Assembly: GCF_004010195.1 (NCBI RefSeq)
Contig: NC_057719.1
Coordinates: 20,922,881-20,975,211, forward strand
From: Chiloscyllium plagiosum
Lineage: Eukaryota
DNA length: 52,331 nucleotides
Direction: 5' to 3'
The notes below the pieces were generated by a model. The model did no database searches. It was not told the DNA's origin and worked only from the letters and a program-made list of their open reading frames with translations. The position numbers were made by a program, and so were the translations under genes. Shown here piece by piece: positions 49,238 to 52,331 of this stretch; the first letter of the stretch is position 1, and every line of letters starts with the position of its first letter.

Positions 49238-49903
49238 TTTAAGATCCTCAGTCCCCTAACATTTGGATTTGCACAATTTACAATTTTATATTCTGTGTTC
49301 CTGTGTGAAGATCACAACAAAGGGTTGAATTTAAGAGGATATTGGTCAATGTCATTGACCACACTGATCAATTTTTGGGAACCATGAGGAAATGAATTCT
49401 CTAAATGGCTGAGGAAGCTCAAGGCTGTATAGTTAATTGTTGCACTTTCAGTAGAAGGTCAAAGATAGCAGGTGAAATTCCTCCAGTTAGCCACACACTA
49501 TCCTAACTTGGAAATCTACTGCTTTGCTTTCACTGTATCTGGCTCCAACTTCTCAAACTCCCTCCCTAATAGCAAAGTGACTATGCCTACATCAAATAAA
49601 CAGCAGAGGTTCAAAGCTTGTCACCATCTTCTCAAGGCAACATAGTGTGGGTAATAAATACTGGTTCAGCCAGTGACACCCACATCCCATGAATGAACAA
49701 TAAAAGAAAGTCATCTCAGGCTTGATAAATGTATGGTTATGAAGGAAATTATGTGATACTGTGATAGTACAGGAATATCAGCAATGAGCAGGCTCTGAGA
49801 ACACAATTAGCCTATTGCAGCTCTCATTTCTTAACATAATATGTGGAGTTAGCATGTCATCTCAAGCCAATTCAGGGTATACAAAATTTCTAAGCAGGAG
49901 TGT

Positions 49904-49932
49904 AATGAGGTACACCAATGGTGTACCTCATT
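49904..49932. repeat. Perfect 14-bp inverted repeat with 1-nt spacer
   Basis: aatgaggtacacca-a-tggtgtacctcatt. Confidence 0.9.
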
Positions 49933-50689
49933 TACTTTGACCTGTGTACCATTCATTGTAGAGAAAGAGACCAGTTAGCTGAATAGATTCATGCTATTGT
50001 TTATATTCCACATATGCTTCTTCTCACTTCAATTCATTTCACCCAATCAGAATACCGATTGCTCTTCTCTAACCTGCATTTTATTAGCAGGAATTGGCTA
50101 TAACGCAACTGAAGAATTGTGGACGTTGTTTGCATAATGCAAGCTTTCTGCTAAATGGGCATCGCGTGTTTTCCATAGTGCCATCTTCCAAAGCACAATT
50201 TCTGTAGTGGATTGCCATAGCGGGATTTTCTCTAACACGAGATTGCAGAGGAACACAACTGTCACATTATAGCAGAATGACCTGTAATGTTTTCTTTCTC
50301 TCTCCTTCCTTTACATTATTTAGTTTCCTCTCAAATACATCTACAACCTTCTTAGTTTTAATTTAACTGCAGCCGAGAGACCTTCTGATTCTCATTCTTG
50401 TAGCAGATAGCCTTGCTTTACACAGCTTCTGCTTATTCTCCCAGTCATGCACAATAATACAGGAAGACTTAGTAGTCCACTCAAATCCTTTAAGAAAATA
50501 GAAAGCACTTCAGTACTATTCAGCACTGTTTGTGCTGATATTACAATCAGTGGTGAAGCACCAGAGTTATTCTGTATCTCATAAAAGCTCTGTCACGTAG
50601 TTTCCCCTTGTCCCTTTCTGAAAGACAGTTTTGAACTGGATGCAAACTCTGAGCAGTGGAATGGGTGCCTGCAAAAAGGTAAACATCCA

Positions 50690-51741
50690 ATCATAGAGTC
50701 ATAGAGATGTAGAGCACGGAAACAGACCCTTCAGTCCAACTTGTCCATGCCGACCAGATAATCTATTTGCCATCACTTGGCCCATTTCCCTCTAAACCAT
50801 TCCTATTCATGTACCAATCCAGATGCCTTTTAAATGTCATCATTGTACAAGCCTCCGTCACTTCCTCTGGCAGCTCATTCCATACATGCACCATCTTCTC
50901 CGTGAAAAATTTATCCCTTAGGTCCCTTTTAAATCTTATCCCTCTAGTTTTGGACTCCTCCATACCAGGGAAAAGATCTTGTCTATTTACCCTATCCATG
51001 TCCCTCATGATTTTATAAACCTCTATAAAATAATCCCTCAGCCTCCGACGCTCCAGGGAAAACAGCCCCAACCTATTCAACCTCTCCCTATAGCTCAAAT
51101 CCTGCAACCTGGCAACATCCTTGTAAATTTGTCAGAACCCTTTCAAGCTTCACAACATCCTTCTGATAGGAGGGAGACCAGAACTGCACACAAACTTCAA
51201 AAGTGGCTAAACCAATGTCCTATACAGTCAAAACATGACCACCCAACTCCTATACTCAATGCTTTGACCAATAAAGGAAAGCATACCAAATTCCTTCTTC
51301 ACTATCCTATCTACCTGCGACTCCACTTTCAAGGAGCTATGAACCTGCACTCCAAAGTCTCTTTGTTCAGCAACACTCCCCAGGTCCTTACTATTTCCAA
51401 CATGCAGCACGTCATATTTATCTAAATGTAACTCCATTTACCACTCCTCAGCCCATTGACCCATCTGATCAAGATCCCGTTGCACTCTGAGGTAACCTTC
51501 TTCACTGTCCACTCCACCTCAAATTTTGGTGTCATCGACAAACTTATTAATTATACCCTCTATATTCACCCATGTGGACCCAGTACTGATCCTTGTGGCA
51601 CACCACTGGTAATAGGCCTCCAGTTTGAAAGGCAACCCACCCCCACCACCCCCTGTCTATCTTCCAGAAACATCTGTATCCAAATGGTTTGTTCTCCCTG
51701 TATTCCATGAGATCTAACCATGCTAACCAGTCTACCATGAG
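50690..51741 (-). mobile_element. CR1 LINE fragment, decayed
   Basis: LSYRERLNRLGLFSLERRRLR, GVPQGSVLGP and an (ACTCTATG)n tail. Confidence 0.92.
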
Positions 51742-52331
51742 GAACATAGAACATAGAACATAGAAGAATACAGCGCAGTACAGGCCCTTCGGCCCTTGAT
51801 ATTGCACCGATCCAAGCCCACCTAACCTACACTAGCCCACTATCCTCCATATGTCTATCCAATGCCCGCTTAAATGCCCATAATGAGGGAGAGTCCACCA
51901 CTGCTACTGGCAGGGCATTCCATGAACTCACGACTCGCTGAGTAAAGAACCTACCCCTAACATCTGTTCTATACCTACCCCGCCTTGATTTAAAGCTATG
52001 CCCCCTTGTAATAGCTGACTCCATACGTGGAAAAAGATTCACACTGTCAACCCTATCTAAACCCCTAATCATCCTCTACACCTCTATCAAGTCACCCCTA
52101 AACCTTCACCCCTAAAACAACCCCAAGTGCCTCAGCCTTTCCTCATACGATCTTCCTACCATACCAGGCAACATCCTGGGAAACCTCCTTTGCACCCGTT
52201 CCAGTGCCTCCACATCCTTCCTATAGTATGGCGACCAAAACTGCACACAATACTCCAGATGCGGCCGCACCAGAGTCTTATACAACTGCAACATGACCTC
52301 AGGACTCCGGAACTCAATTCCTCTACCAATA
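51742..52331 (-). mobile_element. Younger CR1 3' end nested in the preceding CR1; runs off the window
   Basis: RPHLEYCVQFWSP, TRGHSFK, and a (TTCTATG)n tail at 51742-51765. Confidence 0.93.

Noticed and set aside
2135..52331. Strand bias of CR1 insertions as a sign of a host intron
   Set aside because: Minus-strand copies are only modestly more numerous than plus-strand ones, too few to conclude.

Overview
This is eukaryotic, repeat-dense non-coding DNA, very probably from a shark. That inference rests on HE1-type tRNA-derived SINEs whose 3' end matches local CR1 LINE 3' ends. I found no convincing host protein-coding exon, and almost all ORFs in the track are retroelement fragments or their antisense shadows. 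The window holds many CR1 LINE copies, one near full length at ~38720-44013 with an esterase-type ORF1 and an endonuclease/RT ORF2. It also holds a second CR1/L2-group LINE family, a Rex1/Babar fragment, HE1-like SINEs and at least four families of Penelope-like element (PLE) sequence. Two structures stand out. First, about 15 minimal hammerhead-ribozyme motifs (CUGANGA-N-stem II-GAAA-NNUH) sit in PLE termini, many in short non-coding fold-back elements with clear target-site duplications. Second, an old ~2.1 kb inverted duplication (34382-36555 vs 43675-45777) brackets a ~7 kb core, and its two arms provide empty-versus-filled controls for later insertions. All three N gaps fall inside PLE copies. 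All calls were made by eye; boundaries of old repeats are approximate.
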